From Bacteroidales bacterium (lineage in GTDB: Bacteria; Bacteroidota; Bacteroidia; Bacteroidales; UBA7960): 64,000 bases of DNA. Under the pieces are notes generated by a model. It was not told the origin of the DNA and made no database searches. It was given only the letters and a program-made list of their open reading frames with translations. The position numbers and the translations under genes were made by a program. This document shows, piece after piece, positions 47,964-57,074 of the stretch. The stretch spans positions 19,111 through 83,110 of the forward strand of contig JBKBSF010000019.1 in the NCBI GenBank assembly GCA_046291875.1, written 5' to 3'. Positions within the stretch are counted from its first letter, which is position 1. The number at the start of each line of letters is the position of its first letter.

Positions 47964-49805
47964 TTAAAAATATACCTGTACGCCGGGGAGCCATTCAGCC
48001 CAACCTTCGGTCCAGTCGACAGTACCAAAAGCACCGGAGAAGGGAACCTGCTCAAATTTATCGGCTTCGGGCACGTTATCCCATTTGGCTGCAGTAAGCA
48101 GCATAGAGTTGCTCAAGGGCAGTACAGCAGGATTAGCCACCAGGTCGAAAATGGTGGGGTTGATACCCGCATCTTCCCACTTGGCCAGCCTTTTATTGCC
48201 ATATTCAGGCTTGTTGAACCAGTTAACGATATTGAAATCAGGGTTTACATTATCCTGCTTCAGAGAAATGCCTCTGGGAGCATTGGGGTGATTGGGGCGG
48301 GGATTGCCGGAGCCATCCAGGAAGGGAAGGCCATCCACAACACCTTCAACATCGGCATTGTAGGCGGAACCGTAGCCATTGCCACCCCATCCATCAACAC
48401 CTGCAAGGATTACGTTGCGAAGTCTGAGATCATCATTCAATGCATGACCACTCGACAAACCCCTTTCGTCATCCACATAAATTCCTGCAGGGAAACCGGT
48501 AATGAAAGAGTTGTAAATACGCAACATGCTGTTTCTTCTCAGCTGGGCACCATGCTGATAATTGGTGTTAATGGGGGTTTCGCGGGTTTTCTTGGGTCCA
48601 ATCACAGTAACGTTGGCAAAGCGAGCCTGCGTAAAAGGTTGTTGTGCATTCCCTGCACCGTTATTGTCCACCTCAAAACCATTGGAACCAGATTGGTCGG
48701 CCAGGTTAGGATCGCGGATTACCAGTGCAAATTGCACGAAACCAGAGTAACCGAAATCCACATCCAGATCATCATCGAGGTTGCGGTAAGCGATCAGGTA
48801 TTTGGCATCCACAGAGCCCCCAAACCATTCGAAGGCATCATCCAAACCATAAGAACACTGGACATATTCGAGGATAGTACCTTTACCTACACTACCCATG
48901 GTAAGGGAGTTTACTTCCTCGTTAGGGTTGATAGGAATACCGGCGTATTCAATTCTTACATAACGAACAATTCCTGAAGATTCAGTAACGTCATCCAGCT
49001 CAACATCACCACCAAAGTAGGCACCATAGCCACCTTCGAGCTGCACGTTGGGGCCCTGGTTGTTTTTAACCCGGCCACACATTACCAGCCCACCCCAGTC
49101 GCCGGGGAGACGCTGACCTATCGGCTGCTCAGAGGTCATGATGATAGGATTTTCCTTGGTACCTTCGGCAAAAATCTTGCTGCCGCGCTGTACAATCAGG
49201 GTTCCTTTGGTTTCTTTATCCCCTACGATAAGGGTACCAGGCTGGATGGTAAGGGTTCCGGTTTGTTGTACGTAGGTTCCATCGCCTTGCGGCAAATCGC
49301 TTCCCACGCGAACGAAACCATTCAAACGATAAATGGTATCGCTGTACCAGGTGTGGTTGCCAAGCAAGCTTCCTGCAGGAATCTCTTTTACAGGTTTAGC
49401 AGTAACCCTGAGCTTAAGGATAACCACATCAGAAGTACGATCTCTGGTATCCTTGGCTACAAAAGAATAGTTAACCTCGCTGCCAATGGGGTCGCTAACG
49501 GTGGTTTCAAACTCCCAGGTAAAAGTAGCAGGACTTCCTGAAATGGTTTCGGTTTGGTAAGGCACACCATTTTTAGCAATCTCGAGAGTCTGAAGACCTT
49601 CGGGGGCTGTAATGGTAACGGTGACTCCAATTTTATTGCCGATGGCATTGGAAACCTGCTCAACAGACAATGTTACGACCGGACGATCTTTCAGTTCGGT
49701 ATCATCATCCTTATCGCAGGATTGCATTACAAAGCCAAAGCAAATCACTGCAAAGGCCATGAACAATGTTGCAAATTTTTGCGTGTTGTTTTTTTTGTTA
49801 CTCAT
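47964..49805 (-). CDS. large surface lipoprotein of unknown function, Ig-like N-domain plus a predicted right-handed beta-helix-like body
   Basis: 613 aa with lipobox FGFVMQSCDKDDD. About 100 aa of Ig-like beta region (VTVTITAPEGLQTLEIAKNG). Then short repetitive turns: GTLTIQPGTLIVG, GTLIVQRGSKIFAEG, GDWGGLVMCG, VRYVRIEYAG, DDAFEWFGG, DDDLDVDFGYSG, NGFEVDNNG. I cannot name a family. Confidence 0.65.
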   Translation of the reverse strand: MSNKKNNTQKFATLFMAFAVICFGFVMQSCDKDDDTELKDRPVVTLSVEQVSNAIGNKIGVTVTITAPEGLQTLEIAKNGVPYQTETISGSPATFTWEFETTVSDPIGSEVNYSFVAKDTRDRTSDVVILKLRVTAKPVKEIPAGSLLGNHTWYSDTIYRLNGFVRVGSDLPQGDGTYVQQTGTLTIQPGTLIVGDKETKGTLIVQRGSKIFAEGTKENPIIMTSEQPIGQRLPGDWGGLVMCGRVKNNQGPNVQLEGGYGAYFGGDVELDDVTESSGIVRYVRIEYAGIPINPNEEVNSLTMGSVGKGTILEYVQCSYGLDDAFEWFGGSVDAKYLIAYRNLDDDLDVDFGYSGFVQFALVIRDPNLADQSGSNGFEVDNNGAGNAQQPFTQARFANVTVIGPKKTRETPINTNYQHGAQLRRNSMLRIYNSFITGFPAGIYVDDERGLSSGHALNDDLRLRNVILAGVDGWGGNGYGSAYNADVEGVVDGLPFLDGSGNPRPNHPNAPRGISLKQDNVNPDFNIVNWFNKPEYGNKRLAKWEDAGINPTIFDLVANPAVLPLSNSMLLTAAKWDNVPEADKFEQVPFSGAFGTVDWTEGWAEWLPGVQVYF

Positions 49806-49882
49806 TGTTTGTTTTTTAAATAATTGTTTTTGTTAGCTATTATGGGCCCAGTGCCCGATGGTTTACTAAAAATTCATGGTAG

Positions 49883-49890
49883 CAAAAGTA
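49883..49890 (-). promoter_or_regulatory. -7 box TACTTTTG (minus strand) upstream of the lipoprotein gene
   Basis: Plus-strand CAAAAGTA lies 78 nt upstream of the start at 49805. Confidence 0.4.
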
Positions 49891-50037
49891 GTGGGCCAAT
49901 GTAAACTTCACGTTAATAAATCCTGATCAAATCATTAAAAAACACAATCGTATCATTCTCATTCACAGCTCACTGCATTTAACCTTTCCATAACATAATC
50001 ATAACATTGGCTTAACATCTGCCCTTGCACAGGAGGC

Positions 50038-50045
50038 TAATTTTG
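50038..50045 (+). promoter_or_regulatory. -7 box TAATTTTG upstream of the TonB-dependent receptor gene
   Basis: TAnnTTTG match 90 nt upstream of the ATG at 50135. Confidence 0.4.
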
Positions 50046-50134
50046 CCCTTTGTATACTAAGGTGTATTGCATCCGTTTGAATGAAGTTTGCAAACACGTT
50101 TCTGAACATCCACAAACCTTACAACAAAACAATA

Positions 50135-53026
50135 ATGAGCCATTACAGCAGAATTCTTTTTTCCGTTTGTTTGTTAACCCTTTGCAGTTTTTTGGCCCTT
50201 GGCCAGTCGGGCAATATAGAGGGGATTGTTTATGATGCACGCACCAAGGAGAGGCTTGTGGGTGCGCAGATCGTAATTCAGGGAACCGGCATAGGTGCTT
50301 CCGCCAACCTCAATGGCGAGTTTCGGTTGGTAAACATACCCCATGAGCGTGCCGACCTTCTGGTTTCCTTTATTTCCTATGAACCGGTTGTGATCGAGAA
50401 TATCCGCATAGAACGTGGCAGAACCATAACTCTTGAAGTGGAGATGCATGAGGTAAGCTACCAACTGGAAGGAGTTACCGTAACCGCCCGCCGCACAACC
50501 CATACCGAAACCGCACTGATTACATCACTTCGCAACAGCCAGGTGGTAACCAGCGGTATTTCTGCACAGCAAATCAGCCGATCACAAGACAGCGATGCGG
50601 CCCAGGTAGTAAGAAGGATACCCGGTGTGACCATTATTGAAGATCGTTTCATTATTGTGCGGGGATTGAGTGAACGCTACAACACGGTGATGCTCCATAA
50701 TGTAATTGCCCCCAGTATGGAGGCCGATGTGCGTTCCTTTTCGTTCGACATTATTCCCAGCTCACAAATCGAGCAGCTGCTCATTCATAAAAGCCCCTCG
50801 GCCGATTTACCCGGCAACTTTGCCGGAGGTGCCATCCAGATCATCACCAAGGCCATTCCCGACCGCAGTGGATTTGAGATTTCCTACACCAACCGCTACG
50901 ATGATGGCACTACATTTCGCAATTTCTACCGATCTGAACGATCTGACAACGCGTGGATGGGATTTGGATCGGACTATTTTTCCCTTCCTGAAGATTTTCC
51001 ACGCGATTTACGCACCATCACCAATAATAATGCGGAACTGGAACGTATGGGCAAATCCCTGAAAAACAACTGGATCCCCATTGAAGAAACAGCCTTTCTC
51101 AACCAAAGTGCTTCACTGGCTGGCATGTTGCGGTTCAATTTATTGGGCATGGAGGTGGGAAATATCACTACCCTCAGCTACAGCAATAGTAAGTCAACCA
51201 ACGAGGTATTCCGCAGCGATTACAACTCATACAACCATGGCACTTTCGACCCCAACGGCAATGTAATTATCGCTCCTCAAAGCCTGCCTATTTACAATTT
51301 CTACGACGATCGCTTTTCAAACAACATCCGTTTGGGAGTGCTGCACAACTGGGGTATCAATATATCCAAAGATCATTCTGTTGAAATTATCAACCTGTTT
51401 AACCACAACAGCACCTATCGTTATGTAAACCGGCAAGGCGATCATATTGACTTTGGTGCCACCATGAACAACCACAATTTCCAGCAGATCTTTCGCGGAT
51501 TGTATTCGGGGCAAATGAACGGCAAACATCAACTGACTTCTTCAACCAAATTAAACTGGACTGCGGGTCTGAGCAACTCTTTCCGCGAAATGCCCGACTA
51601 TAAGCAATACAGAACCGACCGCAACATCAACGACCCCGAGAGCGATTTCAGCATCTATGTACCTATTGGGGGGGCGCAACCCTATTTCATGGGAAGGTTC
51701 TATTCCTCCATGGAAGAGAAAGGACACACCTATGCTGGCAACATAAGCCAGACGATAAACCTGAATGCAATCCCTTCTCTGAAGCCCGAGTTCAAAGCCG
51801 GCTTTTTTACAGACTATATGGAGCGCGAATTTATTGCCCGTAACATTGGTTACACCGCAAGCACCTTATTCTTTCCGCAAGACCTTCGCAGGGTCTCTAT
51901 CGATTCGCTGTTTCATCCTGACTACCTAAGCATCACACAGGGCACAGGCCTTATCAAACTTGACGAGCAATCCAACCCCCAGGATTCTTATGAAACCTCC
52001 AACGACCTTTTTGCCTGGTACGGGATGGTGGTATTGCCCATGGCAGACCGTTTCACCCTGTCGGCAGGACTGAGAGTAGAGCAAAACCGTCGCATCCTTA
52101 AAAGTGCAACCACAACAGGCCCTGTAAATGTCGACAACAACGAAACCCATAATTTGCTCTCGATAAACATGACCTACAATCTCTCTCAAAAGCTTTTGCT
52201 GCGTGCAGCCTACGGAAAAACTATAAACCGGCCGGAGCTCAGAGAGATGGCCCCTTTTGGGTTCTATGACTTCGACAACAATTGGGTAGTGTCGGGCAAT
52301 CCTTTCCTTAAGACAGCTCTGATCGACAATTATGACCTGAGGCTCGAATATTACCCCAGCCTTTCGGAGGTGATCTCCATTGCCGGCTTTTATAAGGTTT
52401 TCGAAAACGCCATCGAAAGAGTGGTTCTGGTAGGTGCCGGATCAGGTGGCAGCAAAAACTTCTCCTTTGGCAATGCCGATGAAGCACTTGTGTATGGAGT
52501 AGAAGCCGAAGTAAGAAAAAGCCTCATGGGGATGACCGGGATAACTTTTTTCGATAACCTGTCCGTGTACTTTAATACGTCTTTACTCAAAAGTACCGTT
52601 ACCATTGGTTCAGGATCGCGCTCTGCAGGCAGAGATACCGACCCACGCCCCCTGCAGGGTCAATCGCCCTACATTGTAAATGCAGGGTTGTTTTACAACA
52701 ATACAGATGCTGATTTGCAGGTAAACCTGTTGTACAATATCATAGGGAAACGTCTGTTTACGGGAGGTATACGTGAGCTTGACAAAGTAACCATAACCTA
52801 TCCTGACATCTATGAAATGCCCCGCAATCACCTTGAACTGACCGTTTCTAAAAGACTAAGCCGACACATCAGCATGAAGGCAGGGATCATCGATATCCTC
52901 AATGAGCCTGTTGTATTCCTGCAAGATGCCAATGAGGATGGCATCTTTGATCGCAACAACGACCAGATCCTACGCCGGTACAGACCCGGAATATCTGCCA
53001 CACTGGGGCTTACTTTTAAAATGTAA
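50135..53026 (+). CDS. TonB-dependent receptor with an N-terminal CarboxypepD_reg domain, no adjacent SusD-like gene
   Basis: I prefer the start MSHYSRILFSVCLLTLCSFLALGQ (signal peptide) at 50135. IEGIVYDARTKERLVGAQIVIQGT is CarboxypepD_reg-like. Plug motif AAQVVRRIPGVTIIEDRFIIVRGLSERYN, followed by a long beta-barrel. Confidence 0.88.
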   Translation: MSHYSRILFSVCLLTLCSFLALGQSGNIEGIVYDARTKERLVGAQIVIQGTGIGASANLNGEFRLVNIPHERADLLVSFISYEPVVIENIRIERGRTITLEVEMHEVSYQLEGVTVTARRTTHTETALITSLRNSQVVTSGISAQQISRSQDSDAAQVVRRIPGVTIIEDRFIIVRGLSERYNTVMLHNVIAPSMEADVRSFSFDIIPSSQIEQLLIHKSPSADLPGNFAGGAIQIITKAIPDRSGFEISYTNRYDDGTTFRNFYRSERSDNAWMGFGSDYFSLPEDFPRDLRTITNNNAELERMGKSLKNNWIPIEETAFLNQSASLAGMLRFNLLGMEVGNITTLSYSNSKSTNEVFRSDYNSYNHGTFDPNGNVIIAPQSLPIYNFYDDRFSNNIRLGVLHNWGINISKDHSVEIINLFNHNSTYRYVNRQGDHIDFGATMNNHNFQQIFRGLYSGQMNGKHQLTSSTKLNWTAGLSNSFREMPDYKQYRTDRNINDPESDFSIYVPIGGAQPYFMGRFYSSMEEKGHTYAGNISQTINLNAIPSLKPEFKAGFFTDYMEREFIARNIGYTASTLFFPQDLRRVSIDSLFHPDYLSITQGTGLIKLDEQSNPQDSYETSNDLFAWYGMVVLPMADRFTLSAGLRVEQNRRILKSATTTGPVNVDNNETHNLLSINMTYNLSQKLLLRAAYGKTINRPELREMAPFGFYDFDNNWVVSGNPFLKTALIDNYDLRLEYYPSLSEVISIAGFYKVFENAIERVVLVGAGSGGSKNFSFGNADEALVYGVEAEVRKSLMGMTGITFFDNLSVYFNTSLLKSTVTIGSGSRSAGRDTDPRPLQGQSPYIVNAGLFYNNTDADLQVNLLYNIIGKRLFTGGIRELDKVTITYPDIYEMPRNHLELTVSKRLSRHISMKAGIIDILNEPVVFLQDANEDGIFDRNNDQILRRYRPGISATLGLTFKM

Positions 53027-53050
53027 AATCAACTATACCTCCTTCTAATT

Positions 53051-53083
53051 AAAAAAGGCTGCTTCATGATGAAGCAGCCTTTT
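53051..53083. terminator. bidirectional terminator between the TBDR gene and the convergent 53116-53889 gene
   Basis: AAAAAAGGCTGCTTCATGATGAAGCAGCCTTTT is a near-perfect palindrome flanked by A and T runs. Confidence 0.75.
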
Positions 53084-53115
53084 CCTTGTCTCTCTCAATT
53101 TGCCAGAACAAACCT

Positions 53116-53889
53116 TCAGGCAATTCTTTTCATCCGCAGCACAGTAAACAATACAATCAGACCCAGACCCAGGATCAAAGCCCAGTTGGATAGGGGCACG
53201 GGTTGTGGTTCACCACCATCGTCACCGCCGGGCACTTCACTACCAAAAGTTACATTGTCGAAGCCAATAAAGTTGGCGGCACCGATAAACTTAATGGACT
53301 TGGCAACACCCTCAAAGCTCACACCAATGGGTTGCCAGATGTTATATGCTCCGCCGGGAATATTCAATGAGCCCAGGGGGGCAAGATTTAAGGAAGCAAT
53401 CATATTGCCCATTCCTCCTACTTCGTCGTAAACCTCAACACTACCAGGACGATCAATAGAAGAGTAGAAGAACGAAAACCCTGTTTCGAAACCTGCCGCA
53501 TAATTCATGATGGCATTATTCTCATCCAGAAAGAACATGATGGTGGAAGGGCTGGGTTCGTTCTGGAAGTTTCCTGTACCACCTGCATAACCGGCAATAA
53601 TAGAAAGGGTAGATCCAGAGAAGGTAACACCATAATCGGGTCCTGGCCCAATGCCGCCTCCGGCAAAGCCACCATTGTAATAATCGAGCACCTGCTGCAC
53701 ATTACCCAGGCCTTCAAAGTCGAGCACTACAACTCCGGATTTGGAAGGAGTGGGTGTAGCTGCCTGCAACTGTTCTGGAGTAACGGTTGGTGTAATGGAA
53801 GGATCATGGATGGTTTTCTGGGCAAAAACACCCATAGGTAGGGCCAACATTACTGATGCAAAAATCAGGGTATAAAGTTTGTTTTTCAT
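53116..53889 (-). CDS. secreted protein with a PEP-CTERM / IPTL-CTERM-like C-terminal sorting signal
   Basis: I prefer the start MKNKLYTLIFASVMLALPMGVFAQ at 53889. The C-terminus is tripartite: GGEPQPVPLSNW, a hydrophobic helix ALILGLGLIVLFTVL, and a basic RMKRIA. Upstream VLDFEGLG and FDNVTFGS resemble typical PEP-CTERM cargo. Confidence 0.7.
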   Translation of the reverse strand: MKNKLYTLIFASVMLALPMGVFAQKTIHDPSITPTVTPEQLQAATPTPSKSGVVVLDFEGLGNVQQVLDYYNGGFAGGGIGPGPDYGVTFSGSTLSIIAGYAGGTGNFQNEPSPSTIMFFLDENNAIMNYAAGFETGFSFFYSSIDRPGSVEVYDEVGGMGNMIASLNLAPLGSLNIPGGAYNIWQPIGVSFEGVAKSIKFIGAANFIGFDNVTFGSEVPGGDDGGEPQPVPLSNWALILGLGLIVLFTVLRMKRIA

Positions 53890-53928
53890 AGCGATTTGTT
53901 TTGTCGTTATACATAATTTATTTATCGA

Positions 53929-53936
53929 CAAACTTA
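53929..53936 (-). promoter_or_regulatory. -7 box TAAGTTTG (minus strand) upstream of the PEP-CTERM-like protein gene
   Basis: Plus-strand CAAACTTA lies 40 nt upstream of the start at 53889. Confidence 0.4.
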
Positions 53937-54121
53937 AGTCATTTTTGCTATGAACGCTCTGCTTTTTTTGTAGGTCTGGAGTTCGGGGTGTTCAACTAAA
54001 TTTATCCGAACAAACACAAGATCATAAAGACCTAATTTTGTAGCACTTATGATAAATGCAAGAAAGCTACCGGGCAAATCAAATTGTTTTTTTAAACTAC
54101 CTGATGCAAAAAAAAGCTGGA

Positions 54122-54877
54122 TCAATCGTCCAGCTCAAACTCTTCTATCTCGTCATCCTCACTTCGATAGGCATCTTCATCTTTGTCGAAGTCATCATCT
54201 TCATCATCATCTTTATCTTCATCCCGTGCTGAAGATTTGAAGATATCGGGCTGGATGGCCAGAATTTTCTTCACTTCCTTTTCTGCATCGCTTTTTTTGC
54301 CGGTTTCCAGGAGTATTTCGGTTTTCAGCAAAAGAGCCAATAAATGCTTTGGGTTTATTTTCAGGGCAATATTCAGATATTCAAGTGCCGCCTTGAGTTC
54401 TTTGTTATACCATGCTACCAGGGCTTTGCCTGTCCAGGCTTCATTGCACTTTCCATCAATATTGATACATTTTTCGAAACATTGGGCAGCTCGCACAAAA
54501 TCCTTTTGCACAAGGAATGCACCCCCCAGATCCAGGTATGCTTCAAAGGGATCATCGTAGAGAGAGGTTGCCTTCTCCAGATCCTCAATGGCTTCTTCAA
54601 GACTGTCGTCGGCACCATAGGTAAGACCCCTGAGGTGAATGGCTTTGGCATCTTTGGCGTTAAGTTCTTCGAGCTTATCCAGGGTTTCCAGAGCGTTGTT
54701 AAAGTCTTTGCGCCGCAAGTAGGCACCCGCCAACCCATGCAGAGCTTCCGGATTCTCTTCCTCCTCTTCGCAAATAGCTGAAAAAAGCTTTTCTGCCCCG
54801 GCAAAATCTCCTTTGTCGAACTTCTTCCAGGCTTGTTCCAACTGCTTAGTTGTTTCGTTATTAGATGATTGCTTCAT
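54122..54877 (-). CDS. cytoplasmic TPR-repeat protein with a strongly acidic C-terminal tail
   Basis: 251 aa with no signal peptide. Several TPR-like units (AEKLFSAI, ALHGLAGAYLRRKDFNNALETLDK, AYLDLGGAFLVQKDFVRAAQCFEKCI). The tail is ARDEDKDDDEDDDFDKDEDAYRSEDDEIEEFELDD. Confidence 0.8.
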   Translation of the reverse strand: MKQSSNNETTKQLEQAWKKFDKGDFAGAEKLFSAICEEEEENPEALHGLAGAYLRRKDFNNALETLDKLEELNAKDAKAIHLRGLTYGADDSLEEAIEDLEKATSLYDDPFEAYLDLGGAFLVQKDFVRAAQCFEKCINIDGKCNEAWTGKALVAWYNKELKAALEYLNIALKINPKHLLALLLKTEILLETGKKSDAEKEVKKILAIQPDIFKSSARDEDKDDDEDDDFDKDEDAYRSEDDEIEEFELDD

Positions 54878-54999
54878 ATAAGGACACGAGATTTTTGTGG
54901 TTATTCCTTGCGGCTAAATTAAAAAAACACCCAATGAAAAAAAATTTTTAACCTTCCTAAATTCGCCATTTTCTTACTTTTACCTTCAAAACTGACTGT

Positions 55000-56856
55000 A
55001 TGTGCGGAATACTGGGCTTTTGTGAGGGTCGTGCACCCCGAAAAGATATTGACACCCTTGCATTGCTGCTGGCCCATCGAGGACCCGATGCCCGTGGTGT
55101 ATTTGCAGAAAACAATACTACCCTGGCTCACCTGAGATTAAGCATCCTCGACCTTAGCGATGACGCCAACCAGCCTATGTTTTCTCATTGCAAACGATAC
55201 GTAATGGTTTACAATGGAGAAGTATACAATTTTCGCGAGATCCAGACCCGGCTGAAAGAAAAAAATCCTTCCTTTGCTGCCCGCACCCAATCCGACAGCG
55301 AGATAATCCTGGAGGCTTTTGCTGCATTCGGGCCCGATTTCGTGCATCAACTCAATGGCATGTTTGCCATCGCCATCTGGGACAGAGAGCAAAACAGCCT
55401 TTATCTTTACCGCGACAGGTTGGGAATAAAGCCCATTTATTATTACCACCTTGAGGGCCGACTGGGCTTTGCATCGGAACTCAAGGTACTGGAGGCCTCC
55501 TTCGATCAATCGCTACAGGTAGACTACCAGGCAGTAAATGCCTTTCTGCACCTGGGTTACATACCGGCACCCTTGAGCATTTATCGCCAGATCAGAAAGT
55601 TTCCGGCTGGCTGCATGGGCGTTTTGGCAAAGGGTGAATTTCAGATACAACCCTACTGGCAGGCAGAAGAGAAAATCGGTGCCTCTCTGATGGAAGATCC
55701 GTTGGAGGCCCGCAAACAACTCACTGCCCTCATTGAATCTTCAGTGCGATATCGATTGGTTTCCGATGTGCCCTATGGCACCTTCCTGAGCGGAGGAATC
55801 GACTCCAGCCTGGTAACTGCAGTGGCCCAGAGCCTGCACCAACAGCCCATCAATACCTTCTCCATCGGTTTCTGGGACCAGAAGTTCAATGAGGCCGATC
55901 ATGCACGTTCTGTGGCAAAACACCTGGGCACACACCACCACGAGTTTATGGTAACCGAGAAGGATGCACTTCACTGGATGCCACTGCTCAACGACATATA
56001 CGACGAGCCCTATGCGGATTCCTCAGCAATACCTACCCTGCTGGTATCGCAAATGGCACGCAAGCATGTTACCATGACACTCTCTGGCGATGGAGGGGAT
56101 GAACTATTTATGGGCTACGGAGCCTATAAATGGGCACAACGATTGGCAAACCCGTGGGTGAAACTATTGAGCTATCCGGCAGCAGTCTTACTGCCTTTCG
56201 GGCCCGCAAAATATCGAAGAGCTGCCAGGTTGTTCGAAAACCCAGCCATGAAAACATTGCACAGCCATATTTTCTCACAGGAGCAATATTTGTTCAGCAG
56301 GAAGGAAATAGCCCAATACCTCAACCCAGAATACTTCTCCGATTTCCCGATGAGAGAAAATCTTTCGGTTGGCGCACGAAAACTCAATGCAGCAGAAGAG
56401 CAGGCGCTGTTCGATTTGTTGTACTACCTGCCCGACGATCTGCTGGTAAAAGTAGACCGTGCCAGCATGCACTTCGCCCTGGAAACCCGGGTTCCCCTTC
56501 TCGATTACAGGATCGTTGAATGGGCTTTGAACCTGCACCCCAGTCTCAAGCAACGCAACTCACAGGCCAAATGGCTTCTTAAGGAAGTATTGTATCAATA
56601 CGTACCGGCTCATCTTTTTCAACGCCCCAAAAGAGGCTTTGCCATTCCCTTGCAAAAATGGCTCAGAAAAGATCTTCGAAGTTTTGCCATGGATCATCTC
56701 CATCCCGATGCCATCCGGCAAACCGGATTGCTGAACCCAAAAGCCGTGGATGCGCTTTTGAAAAACTTTTACAACAAAGATCAGCACTATCTCTACAACC
56801 GGATATGGCAATTGCTCGTACTGCAGCGCTGGTTTTTGAGCAAAACAACACCATAA
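55000..56856 (+). CDS. asparagine synthase family glutamine amidotransferase (AsnB-like)
   Basis: 618 aa. MCGILGF provides the N-terminal nucleophile Cys2. YNGEVYNF is present, and FLSGGIDSS is the PP-loop ATP pyrophosphatase motif. Confidence 0.9.
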   Translation: MCGILGFCEGRAPRKDIDTLALLLAHRGPDARGVFAENNTTLAHLRLSILDLSDDANQPMFSHCKRYVMVYNGEVYNFREIQTRLKEKNPSFAARTQSDSEIILEAFAAFGPDFVHQLNGMFAIAIWDREQNSLYLYRDRLGIKPIYYYHLEGRLGFASELKVLEASFDQSLQVDYQAVNAFLHLGYIPAPLSIYRQIRKFPAGCMGVLAKGEFQIQPYWQAEEKIGASLMEDPLEARKQLTALIESSVRYRLVSDVPYGTFLSGGIDSSLVTAVAQSLHQQPINTFSIGFWDQKFNEADHARSVAKHLGTHHHEFMVTEKDALHWMPLLNDIYDEPYADSSAIPTLLVSQMARKHVTMTLSGDGGDELFMGYGAYKWAQRLANPWVKLLSYPAAVLLPFGPAKYRRAARLFENPAMKTLHSHIFSQEQYLFSRKEIAQYLNPEYFSDFPMRENLSVGARKLNAAEEQALFDLLYYLPDDLLVKVDRASMHFALETRVPLLDYRIVEWALNLHPSLKQRNSQAKWLLKEVLYQYVPAHLFQRPKRGFAIPLQKWLRKDLRSFAMDHLHPDAIRQTGLLNPKAVDALLKNFYNKDQHYLYNRIWQLLVLQRWFLSKTTP

Positions 56857-57007
56857 TTAATACTTTGCTAACCATCAATTAATGCTGTCTTAACAGCTTT
56901 TGATTGTAGCTGGGGTAACTTTGCAATGTAGATATCATCTGAATTATTCTTCGGTTTCCATTCTTCTGATGATTCTCTCTTCATGTTGTGTTTTGATGAA
57001 TAAACGG

Positions 57008-57035
57008 AAAGCCGGGCCCAGCACCCGGCTTTTTT
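57008..57035 (+). terminator. intrinsic-terminator-like hairpin about 150 nt downstream of asnB and 40 nt upstream of the next ORF
   Basis: AAAGCCGGG-cccagca-CCCGGCTTT followed by a T-run (TTTTTT). Confidence 0.55.
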
Positions 57036-57074
57036 AAGAATGAACTGTTCAGAAAACCCCAAAACCCTTCTTCT

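Noticed and set aside
54033-54240. A TAATTTTG box 9 nt upstream of a 63-aa His-rich ORF (54049-54240), antisense to the TPR gene tail.
   Set aside because: The His/Ser/Leu-rich translation is the mirror image of the GAT/GAA-rich acidic tail on the other strand. A box this close to the ATG would demand a leaderless mRNA. An antisense transcript cannot be excluded, but nothing supports a protein.
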